DNA of 64,000 nt from Eledone cirrhosa (Eukaryota): the NCBI GenBank assembly GCA_964016885.1, contig OZ024741.1, positions 296,236,001-296,300,000 on the forward strand, given 5' to 3'. The notes under the pieces were generated by a model. The model saw only the letters and a list, made by a program, of their open reading frames with translations, was not told where the DNA came from and did no database searches. The translations under genes and the position numbers were made by a program. Below are positions 14,346-27,868 of the stretch, in pieces (position 1 is the stretch's first letter; the number at the start of each line of letters is the position of its first letter).

Positions 14346-14487
14346 TAAACTGAGCACGTGTAAAACACTCTCTCTCACACACACACACACACACATATAT
14401 ATATACGTACACACACATATATATATACATACATACACACATACAGATATATATTTACATACACACACACACATATATATGTGTACA

Positions 14488-14598
<111 letters not shown>

Positions 14599-14609
14599 TT
14601 ATATACATG

Positions 14610-14646
<37 letters not shown>

Positions 14647-14658
14647 GTATATATTTAT

Positions 14659-14727
<69 letters not shown>

Positions 14728-14865
14728 TATACATACATATTCATATATATATATATACAGACACACATATATACATATATATGTAGATAGATACAGATAC
14801 ACACACACACACACACATCTATATCTATATATATATATACAGATATAAATAGACTTACTTGCACA

Positions 14866-14940
<75 letters not shown>

Positions 14941-15581
14941 CGTGTGCGTGTGTGTCTGTGTGTGTGTGCGCGCGCGCGCGTCTGTGCGCATCAGACACAC
15001 ACCTTCCCCGAACACCCCTATTGCAGAGCATGTTTGGTCGATGAAATTTCCCATCATGCTTTGCTCTCCATTCACATGTTTTTCAGCCCAGTCACGTGTA
15101 TGTATCGTTAGTCTTGTGTTGTGAATAACCACTACGACTACGATGACGCCACGATCGATCAATGCTCTAGTACACCCACCACCATCATCACTACCACTAA
15201 CACCACCACCAACACCACCACCATCACCACTCACCTCCTCCACCAACACCACCGCCACCACTACCATCACCAACAACACAACACCTCAGCCACCATTACC
15301 AACTACTCCAACAACCAACATCGCCACCACCACCACCGCCACCACTAACAGAAACATAACTAAACAACAGTCAATGAACTAAGAAGCCATTCATAAATAA
15401 CTCCAAATCTCAATTACAACATAACCAAAACCGCTACCACAAGCACCACAACCACCACCACCACCACGACCAACACCACCACAGCCACCACCACCAACAC
15501 CACCACCACCACCACCACCAACACCACCACCACAACCATCACCACCACCATCTATCTTTCTGTCTTCTATATGTCAAAGTG

Positions 15582-15610
<29 letters not shown>

Positions 15611-15612
<2 letters not shown>

Positions 15613-16623
15613 TGAATTCACAAGAATCAAAGTTATGTTTAAAACATTTATTCGTTGACAATTGTTCCTTCCAAACCTAGGCTTGGAGTCTTCGGAGCAT
15701 TTTTAATGTTTGTACATATAATTGACCTCCTACTCAACCGAAGAAACATACAGATACATATATATATATATATATTGATGTTGTGTACAACAGTTTTATG
15801 TTTACAGAGTGGAATTGATGCGACATATATTATATTATACTATATTTGTACAATAATTCAAATTAAGATTAGAATCAAAATTAAATTTAAAAACAAGATT
15901 AAAAGCATAGGTTGGAATATATGCGACAGATAATACAGATAATATAAGAGAATAGTCCAATAATTAATTAAAGAGATAGTATATGCGTTAGTCATATATA
16001 AAGGGATGGAACAAGCAAATATATCATGTATATATGAGTACTGTATGGCAAGGTATTACATGAAATACAAGCACTTTAAGCGAATATGTTAGTGCATTAT
16101 GGTGGTTGCAATGCGAGGATATTTTCTGTATAGTTCAAATTTGTATGTGTGCAGAAAAAGAAAGTTACAGTTTTCACATCCATCACATAAGTTACGATAT
16201 ATTTGTATTGAATGTTTGTTATAGTAATGGATTGCAATGTATTGTAACTTAGTGTTATTTAATCCATATTTATAGATTAGGGTCTTTCAGCTGCGAGAAT
16301 TCACAGCGGTTTAATATCCGGAAGCGGGTAATCCTGTTTTTAAATTTAAATTTAATTTTGATTTTAATCTTAATTTGAATTATTGTACAAATATAGTATA
16401 ATATAATATATGTCGCATCAATCCCACACTGTAAACATAAAACTGTTGTACACAACATCAATATATATATATATATGTATCTGTATGTTTCTTTGGTTCA
16501 GTAGGAGGTCAATTATATGTACAAACATTAAAAATGCTCCGAAGACTCCAAGCCTAGGTTTGGAAGGAACAATTGTCAGCGAATAAATGTTTTAAACATA
16601 ACTTTGATACTTGTGAATTCAAT
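15611..16623. mobile_element. element with ~290-bp inverted arms and a variant HHR-like motif
   Basis: 15611-15899 is the reverse complement of 16330-16623. 16536-16580 reads gct-CCGAAGA-ctccaagcctaggtttggaa-GGAAC-aatt-GTC-agc. The left end abuts (TA)n. Confidence 0.65.
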
Positions 16624-16760
16624 ATTACTGCTCTGTAAAACAACTGATGTTCTTACATTGAGCTATTTATCTTACTGGTAATAAGGTAGTAATAAACTAC
16701 TGACCTTCCCTGTTTATAGTTGTTTATAGTATAGTATATACATAACTATAAATAGTATCT

Positions 16761-16802
<42 letters not shown>

Positions 16803-16859
16803 ATTTACACACACAAACATATACACGTACGCGTTTGCGAGTGCGCGCGCACACACACA

Positions 16860-16894
<35 letters not shown>

Positions 16895-16984
16895 CCAAAG
16901 ATTAGTATGGTTCGTTGATTACTCAATGAATACAATTGTACAATAGATTAGAAGCACTCAACAGCGGTTTTCTTGGAGTTTTTA

Positions 16985-17480
16985 ATATTATTCAGAATAT
17001 TAACAAATGAAAAATATTCTCATAATCAAAATATATACTTTATTATATATATTTCAAAGGTACTCTGTTGTTTTTTCAGTACGTCCTCATCAGACAAAAT
17101 ATATGATTTGATATATGACATACCGCTACGGTCTTGATTATTCAATTCCAGTATTGGCAGTAATTTATTTCATCAAATCTCAACGTTTATATACCACAAA
17201 TAATATGATAAACTTAAAGAAGAAAAGGACGTAGAGCAAATTTCTTCTTTAAGTTAATCATATTATTTGTGGTATATAAACATTGAGATTTGATGAAATA
17301 AATCACTGCCAATACTGGAATTGAATAATCAAGACCGTACCGGCATGTCATATATCAAATCATATATTTTGTCTGATGAGGACGTACTGAAAAAACAACA
17401 GAGTACCTTTGAAATATATATAATAAAGTATATATTTTGATTATGAGAATATTTTTCATTTGTTAATATTTTGAATAATA
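16985..17480. mobile_element. fold-back element (~240-bp arms) with one HHR per arm
   Basis: 16985-17226 is the reverse complement of 17243-17480; the right end abuts (TA)n. Confidence 0.8.
17367..17428 (+). ncRNA. minimal type I hammerhead ribozyme (mirror copy 17038-17099, minus)
   Basis: ttttgt-CTGATGA-ggacgtactg...cagagtaccttt-GAAA-tatata-TA-ataaag. Confidence 0.75.
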
Positions 17481-17516
<36 letters not shown>

Positions 17517-17627
17517 CATATATATATACATATATATATATATACACATATATATATATATATCGTTTCTGAATTTGTTTAACAAGATTCTTTATCTGAG
17601 GCACAAAATCAAAGAAAAGAATCCCCA

Positions 17628-17670
17628 GTCACTGAAGAGGTCACAGAATGTGTGACGAAAGAACTTTGAC
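17628..17670 (+). ncRNA. minimal hammerhead ribozyme candidate
   Basis: gtca-CTGAAGA-ggtcacagaatgtgtgac-GAAA-gaac-TT-tgac. Stems I and II pair well; stem III is very short. Confidence 0.6.
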
Positions 17671-17839
17671 AATATATGAACAATCGTCTGGTTGTGGAAC
17701 CAACCAACCAACCGGAAATTTATAAATTCATAAATTTATAAATTTAATTTATAATAAATTGAAGTGAAAGCTACTGGTGCGTGTGTTTCTTATTGGCAAC
17801 ATGACCCTCCCAAAGTATAACAATATATATATATATATA

Positions 17840-19392
17840 GGAGGAGGTTATAGTTCACTTGAAGCATTGTGTAATGAGGTATAAACGTTTGAATATGTAT
17901 AATAAAGCCAAAACAATGCAGGTATGGACATAGAAAAAAGAATGCAATTGCAAAAGATATTGTTGACAAATCGTCTTTTACCTTAGATTTATTTAAATGT
18001 CCTTAATTTTCGAGATAATATCTCTTCTTCAGAGGGAAATAAAGGTCTCAAACCAGCCTTCTAAATATCTTGCCAAACCATGCACCATGCTGACAGGAAA
18101 TAGTATAGAGTATCTGTTTTATCTCTAATGTCAAAGAGTTAAAATTAGATGGATAAAGAGTAGTCTCCCTTTAAAAGGGGTTTGTTTAGGGTTTTTTTAA
18201 TTTTTTTTATATACATGCCTGTTTAAGTGTGTGGGAGAATGCATGAAGGTGTAAGTATGTGAGTGTGTGTGTGTGAGTGTGAGAAGATAAGTCTATTCGT
18301 AAATGTGGGGGATAGGTGTTATCTGGTGTTAGAACTGGTTTTGTGTGTGTATGTGTGAGAGAGAATAAGTGGAGGTGTAAGCGTGTGTGTGTGGGGGGGG
18401 GGGGGGGGAAATATGGGGCTAGAAGCCCTATCAGGTTATAAATTGGGTGTTGAGTTCTAGTCTATTATTGATTGGTGGTTGTGTTTTATCTATAATTAGT
18501 GCTTCCTTAATTCTAAGATTGCCGAGGTTTCTTTCCTTAGTTTCTATCCTAACTGTTATGGTTTTGTCGGTGTTTTTGCATTTAACTAGGTGTTTCTTAA
18601 ATGAGGAAGCGTTAGTATTGAGGTGTTCTTTTATTCTTATGTGGAGTGGTCTGGTGGTGCTACCTACGTAGAAGTTGTTGCATTTGTCACACTCTAGTCT
18701 GTATACGACGTAAGCCTGGTGGCATAGGTCTGTGTCGTTGATGGGGCAGTTGGCTAGTCTGCAGCAGTTGTCATGTCTGGTGGAGTGTCTTTTGGTTAGC
18801 TGTCCGCGTAGAGAAGGACCTGAGTGGGCCAGTTGGATATCTAGTCCCTCTCGTCTGATGGCTCTGCGGATGGCTGTTGTTGTTTCTTCACTGAAGTGTG
18901 GGAGCTTCAGGAAGCAAGTGTTAGTGCCTCGGGTGTGGTGTCCTCTGTTCTTTCTGGCACGGTTTGTGGTGGATGTCGTGTATCCGTTCAGTTTGAGTAC
19001 TTCCAGGAAATGTGTGGTGTGTGTGTCTCGGTCTCTAGCGTCGGTGCATTTGTTCCGGATACGTGCCAGTTCGTTCCTTATGTATCCGAACTTGGCACCG
19101 AGTGGGAGGGCCGATCTGAAATGTACGAACAGGTCCCTGCTGGCGGCTTTTTTTATAAAATCAGGTGTGGATGTTGCCTTCCTCTGTTACCCTGAGTTGG
19201 AAGTCCAGTAGGGATAGGGATCCGCGGTCATCGAGGTGTTCCATGCTGAACTTTATACTGGCGTCCATGCTGGAGAATGTTGTGTATATTTTATCTGCCT
19301 CCTCACGGGATGATGTAAGGATGAGTATGTCATCTACATATCGGGTGAAGAAGGCATGGGAATGGCAGGTGTTGAGGGCTCGGCATTCTAGC
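17840..19392 (-). mobile_element. 5'-truncated Penelope-like element with RT, GIY-YIG and a 3' HHR
   Basis: Coding remnant at 18431-19391. HHR-like tttccct-CTGAAGA-agagatattatctc-GAAA...TA-aggtaaa at 17977-18039. (TA)n on both sides. Confidence 0.85.
18431..19391 (-). pseudogene. Penelope-like RT C-terminus + GIY-YIG endonuclease (not in ORF track)
   Basis: Manual translation: [12 protein letters not shown]...SLSLLDF...HT*FYKK / frameshift / HFRSALP...LKLNGY...CCRLANCP...VVYRLECDKCNNFYVGSTTRPLHIRIKEH...LRIKEALII...PPINNR. Confidence 0.9.
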
Positions 19393-19397
19393 TATAT

Positions 19398-19528
<131 letters not shown>

Positions 19529-19546
19529 TACATATATATATATATA

Positions 19547-19676
19547 TCAAACCTGTTCCGTAGACTGGTTTAAACCTTAAAATCCAAATAAGTTTCGAAA
19601 AATGAAAGTGAAAGAATACCGCATTTCTATCTCCTCAGCAAGCACCAGAAAAATTGGTATGTTTCACTTCAAAATA

Positions 19677-19757
<81 letters not shown>

Positions 19758-19890
19758 AAATATTTTGAAGTGAAACATACCAATTTTTCTGGTGCTTGCT
19801 GAGGAGATAGAAATGCGGTATTCTTTCACTTTCATTTTTCGAAACTTATTTGGATTTTAAGGTTTAAACCAGTCTACGGAACAGGTTTGA
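19547..19890. mobile_element. inverted repeat (~140-bp arms) around (TA)n, with an HHR-like motif
   Basis: 19547-19688 is the reverse complement of 19749-19890. CTGAGGA at 19799 and GAAAC at 19841 bracket a plausible stem II; stem I is weak. Confidence 0.65.
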
Positions 19891-20089
19891 TTTTGAAATT
19901 TAAATTTGTCCAAGCACCACGGCCATTTGCCAATATACTTTGTTTTTATTGATTTATTATTTTAAATCGAGACAGGCAAACTGTATTATTATAATTAGTA
20001 TTTTTCAATCTAGCTAACTTAGTCATTTACAATACAAACATAGATATGTTGGTATTTGTGTTTATCAAATATATTAATTTATATTAACT

Positions 20090-20158
<69 letters not shown>

Positions 20159-20162
<4 letters not shown>

Positions 20163-20539
20163 AAAAATTGAACGGGAACAAAACAGAGAGGCAGTACGAA
20201 CAAAGGTTTATTAGTTTCAAGCTCTTGAGAGTGGGGTGGTGGTGGGGAACGACGTTTCGGGCATAAGCCCTTCTTCAGGTGAAAAGTGTGTGGGAAGAGA
20301 GTTCCAAGGGTGTGTAGGGGAGTGGTGGAGAAACATATAGAAAAAAGGGCGTGAGAGGAAACGGTACAAATGAAATTAAATATAAAACCATAATAAAAAT
20401 AAAAATAAAAATAAACATGAAGTAAAACAGGTGGTGGAAGGGTGTGGGGCGTGTAGGAGTGGTGGCGGGTGGAGTGGGGAGAGGGAGGCGGGGTGTCCGA
20501 GTGGAGAGGGCTGAAGGTGGTGTGTGTGTGTGTAGGTGT

Positions 20540-20624
<85 letters not shown>

Positions 20625-21672
20625 TAAGAGTTGGAGGAAGAACGGGGTTGCATGTTCAGGAAAAGGTGTGCGTAGGGTGGGGTGTAGGTCGGTGTGTGTG
20701 TGCGTGTGTGGAAGGGGAGGGGTCAGATGGGTGGGGGGAGAGGATTCCGGAGGCTGAGTGTGTAAATATGTGGTGGTACGCACGTGTGTGTGTGGTGTTT
20801 ATACGTGTTGTGGATGTAGGTGGCGTGTGGGAAAAATTTTTTTTTCTAGTGTATGTCCGTGGGTAAGTCCCTAAGGTAGTTCCGTAGAGGATGTGGTGGA
20901 ATGCTGGGTAATATCCTTGGGATGTGGTTGATTCAAGGGAGCGATGTCTAATGTGTGTAACCGTGGTTGGGTTGGTCGGAAGAGGGGAGATGTGCGGTGC
21001 GCGCGCAACAGGAAGTGGTCAGAGGGTCAAGGCAGGAGGAGGGTTGTGTGGTTGTGTGTCTGTGTGTGCGGAGAGGTGGTCAGAGATTCAGGGGGGCATA
21101 GCAGCAGTCGGGGAGAATAGTAAGTGAAGAAAGTCGGTGTGTCAGTGTGTGCGGAGGTGCGGTGGACAGGGGAGAGAATGGGTAGGTGTGAAAGTTGGAG
21201 TGAGGAGAGGGTGTGTGTATTAGTAGAGGTGTTGGTAGGATGTGTGTGTGTGTGTGAGAAAGGGTGTGGGTGGAGCGGGGAGGGGGAGGAGGAGAGAAAG
21301 GTGTGGGGGCCGGTGGAGGGAGTGTAGTGTACTGGTGTGTGTGTGTGCGTGTTTGGATTAGTGTGTGTGTGGTGAATGGGGTGTTAGTGGGTGTTAGTAT
21401 ACTGGTGGTGGAGAAAGGGTTGAATGCGGGTGTTAGTGAGGGGTCACTGGTGGTAGGGTGTGTAGAGTGGGTGGTGTAAGTGGGTGTGTGTGTTCGTGTG
21501 CGTGGGGTTAGGGGGTGTTAGTGATATTAGTTGCGTGTAGAGTGGGTGGTGTAAGTGGGTGTGTGTGGGCGTGGGGTCGGAGGGGTGTTAGTGATGTTAG
21601 TTGCGGGGTGGTGGGGTGGATGTGTGGGGGTGAGGGTTAGTGGTGGTAGTAGGGTGTGTGTTTAGTGTGAGC

Positions 21673-21676
<4 letters not shown>
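20159..21676 (-). mobile_element. C/A-rich element between (TA)n tracts with an ultra-minimal 3' HHR
   Basis: Minus 20249-20280: ac-CTGAAGA-agggcttatgccc-GAAA-cg-TC-gt. Its terminal ~40 bp recurs at 57159-57200, also beside (TA)n. Confidence 0.6.
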
Positions 21677-21732
<56 letters not shown>

Positions 21733-21736
<4 letters not shown>

Positions 21737-24700
21737 TGATAGTTAGAGCCGTGATGGTGATAGTTAGAGCCGTGATGGTGATAGTTAGAGCCATGATGGT
21801 GATGGTGATGGTTAGAGCCGCGGTGATGATAGTTAGAGCCGTGATGGTGATAGTTAGAGCCGTGATGGTGATAGTTAGAGCCATGATGGTGATAGTTAGA
21901 GCCGCGGTGATGATAGTTAGAGCCGTGATGGTGATAGTTAGAGCCGTGATGGTGATAGTTAGAGCCGTGATGGTGATAGTTAGAGCCGTGATGGTGATAG
22001 TTAGAGCCGTGATGGTGATGGTGATAGTTAGAGCCGTGATGGTGATAGTTAGAGCCGTGATGGTGATGGTTAGAGCCGCGGTGATGATAGTTAGAGCCGT
22101 GATGATGATAGTTAGAGCCGTGATGGTGATAGTTAGAGCCGTGATGGTGATAGTTAGAGCCGTGATGGTGATAGTTAGAGCTGCGATGGTGATAGTTAGA
22201 GCCGTGGTGGTGATAGTTAAAGCCGTGATGGTGATAGTTAGAGCCGTGATGGTGATAGTTAGAGCCGTGATGGTGATAGTTAGAGCCGTGATGGTGATAG
22301 TTAGAACCGTGATGGTGATAGTTAGAGCCGTGATGGTGATAGTTAGAGCCGTGATGGTGATAGTTAGAACCGTGATGGTGATAGTTAGAGCCGTGATGGT
22401 GATAGTTAGAGCCGTGATGGTGATAGTTAGAGCCGTGATGATAGTTAGAGCCGTGGTGATGATAGTTAGAGCCGTGATGATGATAGTTAGAGCCGTGATG
22501 GTGATAGTTAGAGCCGTGATGATAGTTAGAGCCGTGGTGATGATAGTTAGAGCCGTGGTGATGATAGTTAGAGCCGTGATGGTGATAGTTAGAGCCGTGA
22601 TGGTGATAGTTAGAACCGTGATGGTGATAGTTAGAGCCGTGATGGTGATAGTTAGAGCCGTGATGGTGATAGTTAGAGCCGTGATGATGATAGTTAGAGC
22701 CGTGATGGTGATAGTTAGAGCGGTGATGATGATAGTTAGAGCCGTGATGGTGATAGTTGGGGCCGTGGTGATGATAGTTAGAGCGGTGATGGTGATAGTT
22801 AGAGCCGTGATGGTGATAGTTAGAGCTGTGATGGTGATAGTTAGAGCGGTGATGGTGATAGTTAGAGCCGTGATGGTGATAGTTAGAGCTGTGATGATAG
22901 TTAGAGCCGTGATGGTGATAGTTAGAGCCGTGATGGTGATAGTTAGAGCCGTGATGGTGATAGTTAGAGCTGCGATGGTGATAGTTAGAGCCGTGATGGT
23001 GATAGTTAGAGCTGCGATGGTGATAGTTAGAGCCGTGATGATAGTTAGAGCTGTGATGATAGTTAGAGCCGTGATTGTGATAGTTAGAGCCGTGATGGTG
23101 ATAGTTAGAGCTGTGATGGTGATAGTTAGAGCCGTGATGGTGATAGTTGGGGCTGCGATGGTGATAGTTAGAGCCGTGATGGTGATGGTGATAGTTAGAG
23201 CCGTGGTGATGATAGTTAGAGCCGTGATGGTGATAGTTAGAGCCGTGATGATAGTTAGAGCCGTGGTGATGATAGTTAGAGCCGTGGTGATGATAGTTAG
23301 AGCCGTGATGGTGATAGTTAGAGCCGTGATGGTGATAGTTAGAACCGTGATGGTGATAGTTGGGGCTGCGATGGTGATAGTTAGAGCCGTGATGGTGATA
23401 GTTAGAGCCGTGATGGTGATAGTTAGAGCTGTGATGGTGATAGTTAGAGCCGTGATGGTGATAGTTGGGGCTGCGATGGTGATAGTTAGAGCCGTGATGG
23501 TGATAGTTAGAGCCGTGGTGGTGATAGTTAGAGCCGTGATGATAGTTAGAGCTGTGATGATAGTTAGAGCCGTGATTGTGATAGTTAGAGCCGTGATGGT
23601 GATAGTTAGAGCTGCGATGGTGATAGTTAGAGCCGTGATGGTGATAGTTAGAGCCGTGGTGGTGATAGTTAGAGCCGTGATGATAGTTAGAGCTGTGATG
23701 ATAGTTAGAGCCGTGATTGTGATAGTTAGAGCCGTGATGGTGATAGTTAGAGCCATGGTGGTGATAGTTAGAGCCGTGATGATGATAGTTAGAGCCGTGG
23801 TGGTGATAGTTAGAGCCGTGATGATGATAGTTAGAGCCGTGATGATGATAGTTAGAGCCGTGATGGTGATAGTTAGAGCCGTGATGGTGATAGTTAGAGC
23901 CATGATGATGATAGTTAGAGCCGTGATGGTGATAGTTAGAGACATGATGATGATAGTTAGAACCGTGATGGTGATAGTTAGAGCCGTGATGATGATAGTT
24001 AGAGCCGTGATGATGATAGTTAGAGCCGTGATGGTGATAGTTAGAGCCGTGATGATGATAGTTAGAGCCGTGATGGTGATAGTTAGAGCCGTGATGGTGA
24101 TAGTTAGAGCCATGATGATGATAGTTAGAGCCATGATGATGATAGTTAGAGCCGTGATGATGATAGTTAGAGCCGTGGTGGTGATAGTTAGAGCCGTGAT
24201 GATGATAGTTAGAACCGTGATGGTGATAGTTAGAGCCGTGATGATGATAGTTAGAGCCATGATGATGATAGTTAGAGCCGTGGTGGTGATAGTTAGAACC
24301 GTGATGGTGATAGTTAGAGCCGTCATGGTGATAGTTAGAGCCGTGATGGTGATAGTTAGAGCCGTGGTGGTGATAGTTAGAACCGTGATGGTGATAGTTA
24401 GAGCCATGATGATGATAGTTAGAGCCGTGGTGGTGATAGTTAGAGCCGTGATGATGATAGTTAGAGCCGTGATGATGATAGTTAGAGCCATGATGATGAT
24501 AGTTAGAGCCGTGATGATGATAGTTAGAGCCATGATGATGATAGTTAGAGCCGTGGTGGTGATAGTTAGAACCGTGATGGTGATAGTTAGAACCGTGATG
24601 GTGATAGTTAGAGCCGTGATGATGATAGTTAGAGCCGTGATGGTGATAGTTAGAGCCGTGATGGTGATAGTTAGAGCCGTGATGATGATAGTTAGAACCG

Positions 24701-26780
24701 TGATGGTGATAGTTAGAGCCGTGATGATGATAGTTAGAGCCGTGATGGTGATAGTTAGAGCCGTGATGGTGATAGTTAGAGCCGTGATGATGATAGTTAG
24801 AGCCGTGATGGTGATAGTTAGAGCCGTGATGGTGATAGTTAGAACCGTGATGGTGATAGTTAGAGCCGTGGTGGTGATAGTTAGAACCGTGATGGTGATA
24901 GTTAGAGCCGTGATGATGATAGTTAGAGCCGTGGTGGTGATAGTTAGAGCCGTGATGGTGATAGTTAGAGCCGTGATGATGATAGTTAGAGCCGTGGTGG
25001 TGATAGTTAGAGCCGTGATGGTGATAGTTAGAACCGTGATGGTGATAGTTAGAGCCGTGGTGGTGATAGTTAGAACTGTGATGGTGATAGTTAGAGCCGT
25101 GATGGTGATAGTTAGAGCCGTGGTGGTGATAGTTAGAGCCGTGATGGTGATAGTTAGAGCCGTGATGATAGTTAGAGCGGTGATGGTGATAGTTAGAGCC
25201 GTGGTGGTGATAGTTAGAGCCGTGGTGGTGATAGTTAGAGCCGTGATGATGATAGTTAGAGCCGTGGTGGTGATAGTTAGAGCCGTGATGATGATAGTTA
25301 GAGCCGTGATGGTGATAGTTAGAGCCATGATGATGATAGTTAGAACCGTGATGGTGATAGTTAGAACCGTGATGGTCATAGTTAGAGCCGTGGTGGTGAT
25401 TGTTAGAGTCGTGATGGTGATAGTTAGAGCCGTGATGGTGATAGTTAGAGCCGTGATGGTGATAGTTAGAGCGGTGATGGTGATAGTTAGAGCGGTGATG
25501 GTGATAGTTAGAGCGGTGATGGTGATAGTTAGAGCCGTGATGATAGTTAGAGCCGTGATGGTGATAGTTAGAGCCGTGATGGTGATAGTTAGAGCCGTGA
25601 TGATAGTTAGAGCCGTGGTGGTGATAGTTAGAGTCGTGATGGTGATAGTTAGAGCCGTGATGGTGATAGTTAGAACCGTGATGGTGATAGTTAGAGCGGT
25701 GATGGTGATAGTTAGAGCGGTGATGGTGATAGTTAGAGCCGTGATGGTGATAGTTAGAGCCGTGGTGGTGATAGTTAGAACCGTGATGGTGATAGTTAGA
25801 GCCGTGATGATGATAGTTAGAGCCGTGGTGGTGATAGTTAGAGCCGTGATGGTGATAGTTAGAGCCGTGGTGGTGATAGTTAGAGCCGTGATGATGATAG
25901 TTAGAGCCGTGGTGGTGATAGTTAGAGCCGTGATGGTGATAGTTAGAGCCGTGATGGTGATAGTTAGAGCCGTGGTGGTGATAGTTAGAACCGTGATGGT
26001 GATAGTTAGAGCCGTGATGGTGATAGTTAGAGCCGTGGTGGTGATAGTTAGAGCCGTGATGGTGATAGTTAGAGCCGTGATGATAGTTAGAGCGGTGATG
26101 GTGATAGTTAGAGCCGTGGTGGTGATAGTTAGAACCGTGATGGTGATAGTTAGAGCCGTGATGATGATAGTTAGAGCCGTGGTGGTGATAGTTAGAGCCG
26201 TGATGATGATAGTTAGAGCCGTGATGGTGATAGTTAGAGCCATGATGATGATAGTTAGAACCGTGATGGTGATAGTTAGAACCGTGATGGTCATAGTTAG
26301 AGCCGTGGTGGTGATTGTTAGAGTCGTGATGGTGATAGTTAGAGCCGTGATGGTGATAGTTAGAGCCGTGATGGTGATAGTTAGAGCGGTGATGGTGATA
26401 GTTAGAGCGGTGATGGTGATAGTTAGAGCGGTGATGGTGATAGTTAGAGCCGTGATGATAGTTAGAGCCGTGATGGTGATAGTTAGAGCCGTGATGGTGA
26501 TAGTTAGAGCCGTGATGATAGTTAGAGCCGTGGTGGTGATAGTTAGAGTCGTGATGGTGATAGTTAGAGCCATGGTGGTGATAGTTAGAACCGTGATGGT
26601 GATAGTTAGAGTCGTGATGGTGATAGTTAGAGCCGTGGTGGTGATAGTTAGAGCCGTGGTGATGATAGTTAGAGTCGTGATGATAGTTAGAGCCGTGATG
26701 GTGATAGTTAGAGCCATGGTGGTGATAGTTAGAGCCGTGATGATAGTTAGAGCCGTGATGATGATAGTTAGAGTCGTGGT
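21733..26780. repeat. ~5-kb 21-bp minisatellite (GTGATGGTGATAGTTAGAGCC)n with 18- and 27-bp variants
   Basis: About 240 units. Source of the 1743/1746-aa ORF-track entries. Higher-order duplication of about 915 bp (marker variant at 25377 and 26292). Confidence 0.95.
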
Positions 26781-27568
26781 GATAATAAAAATGATAACTG
26801 GTATAGTGTCGATGATGATAAAATATATTAATGACAATGATGATAGGGGTGACGATGGTGATAAATCATAGTAATGAGAGTATCATTATGATAATGGTTC
26901 AAATACCACTGGGGTTTGCTGGGGTGGAAGATTTAATCTGTCATGTGGTTTAACACAGCCACATGTCACTAGGATGGGAGGTTTAATCTGTCACCTGGTT
27001 TAACACTACCAACTGTCCCCAGGACACCTTTAGCTGAAGGTTCACTGTTGTAAACATTCTGACCAGGTTTCCTGTGTCAACATTGCACTTATTAAAATAA
27101 TTGAAATGAAAAACAGACACATTCAATATACAAAATCTCATAATGTCATGAAAAACCGTTAACATTATATAAAAATAATTGAGTAGTATTTAATAAAAAC
27201 ATAACATACTACTAAAGGGAAGAGAAAAGGGAGAAAAAAGGAAATGAAAATAGGAAAAAGAAGAAAAAAAGAAGGACCAAGCAACGAAAGTAATTGGAGA
27301 GAGGGGGAGGCACTACATACCAATCTGAGCAGTGCCTCAACAGTGTCCCGCAGACAAAATGATAAATGCTTTACCGCAGAGAATGGCCAGAGACACCCGC
27401 TGCACCAGCCACCCAACCATATGGGGCTCCCGCCTCAAGCGGGCTACTGTCTTTCCGACTTTACGGAAGAAATCTATATCTAATCTATACATATCTAGAA
27501 AACACATACGGTGTTATGAGGTTCTTTGCTTGCAAACGAAACTAATATTAATATTATTGTTATTATTG

Positions 27569-27735
27569 AGGGCGGTGGATTGGCAGTATCGGTAGAGCGC
27601 CAGACACCTTTACGTTCTGAGTTCAAATCCCGCCGAGGTTAACTTTGCCTTTCATCCTTACGGGGTCGATAAAATAAAATACCAGTAATGCACTGGGGTA
27701 ATCACTGGCCTTGTGCCAAAAGTAAAAACAATTAT
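27569..27735 (+). mobile_element. SINE family 2
   Basis: GGGCGGTGGATTGGCAGTATCGGTAGAG...GAGTTCAAATCCCGCCGAGG... Confidence 0.85.
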
Positions 27736-27868
27736 TATTATTCACTCGCGAATACGTTTAGATATCCACCATGCTAGAGCAAAAACAAATTTTGTTTTTA
27801 ATATTCGCAATGCCGGCCAGAAAATCGCTCTGTATGCAAATTAGACTAATTAGCCGATGTATACATTT

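Noticed and set aside
19161-19163. In-frame TGA in the PLE ORF as selenocysteine (known in some Naiads)
   Set aside because: Not at an evident Cys position, explicable as CGA>TGA, adjacent to a frameshift, and no SECIS recognised downstream.
21597-26871. 1743-aa and 1746-aa ORFs (VRAVMVI / TALTITI repeats)
   Set aside because: Stop-free frames of a 21-bp minisatellite; the common variants are non-synonymous in these frames and they run through (TA)n.
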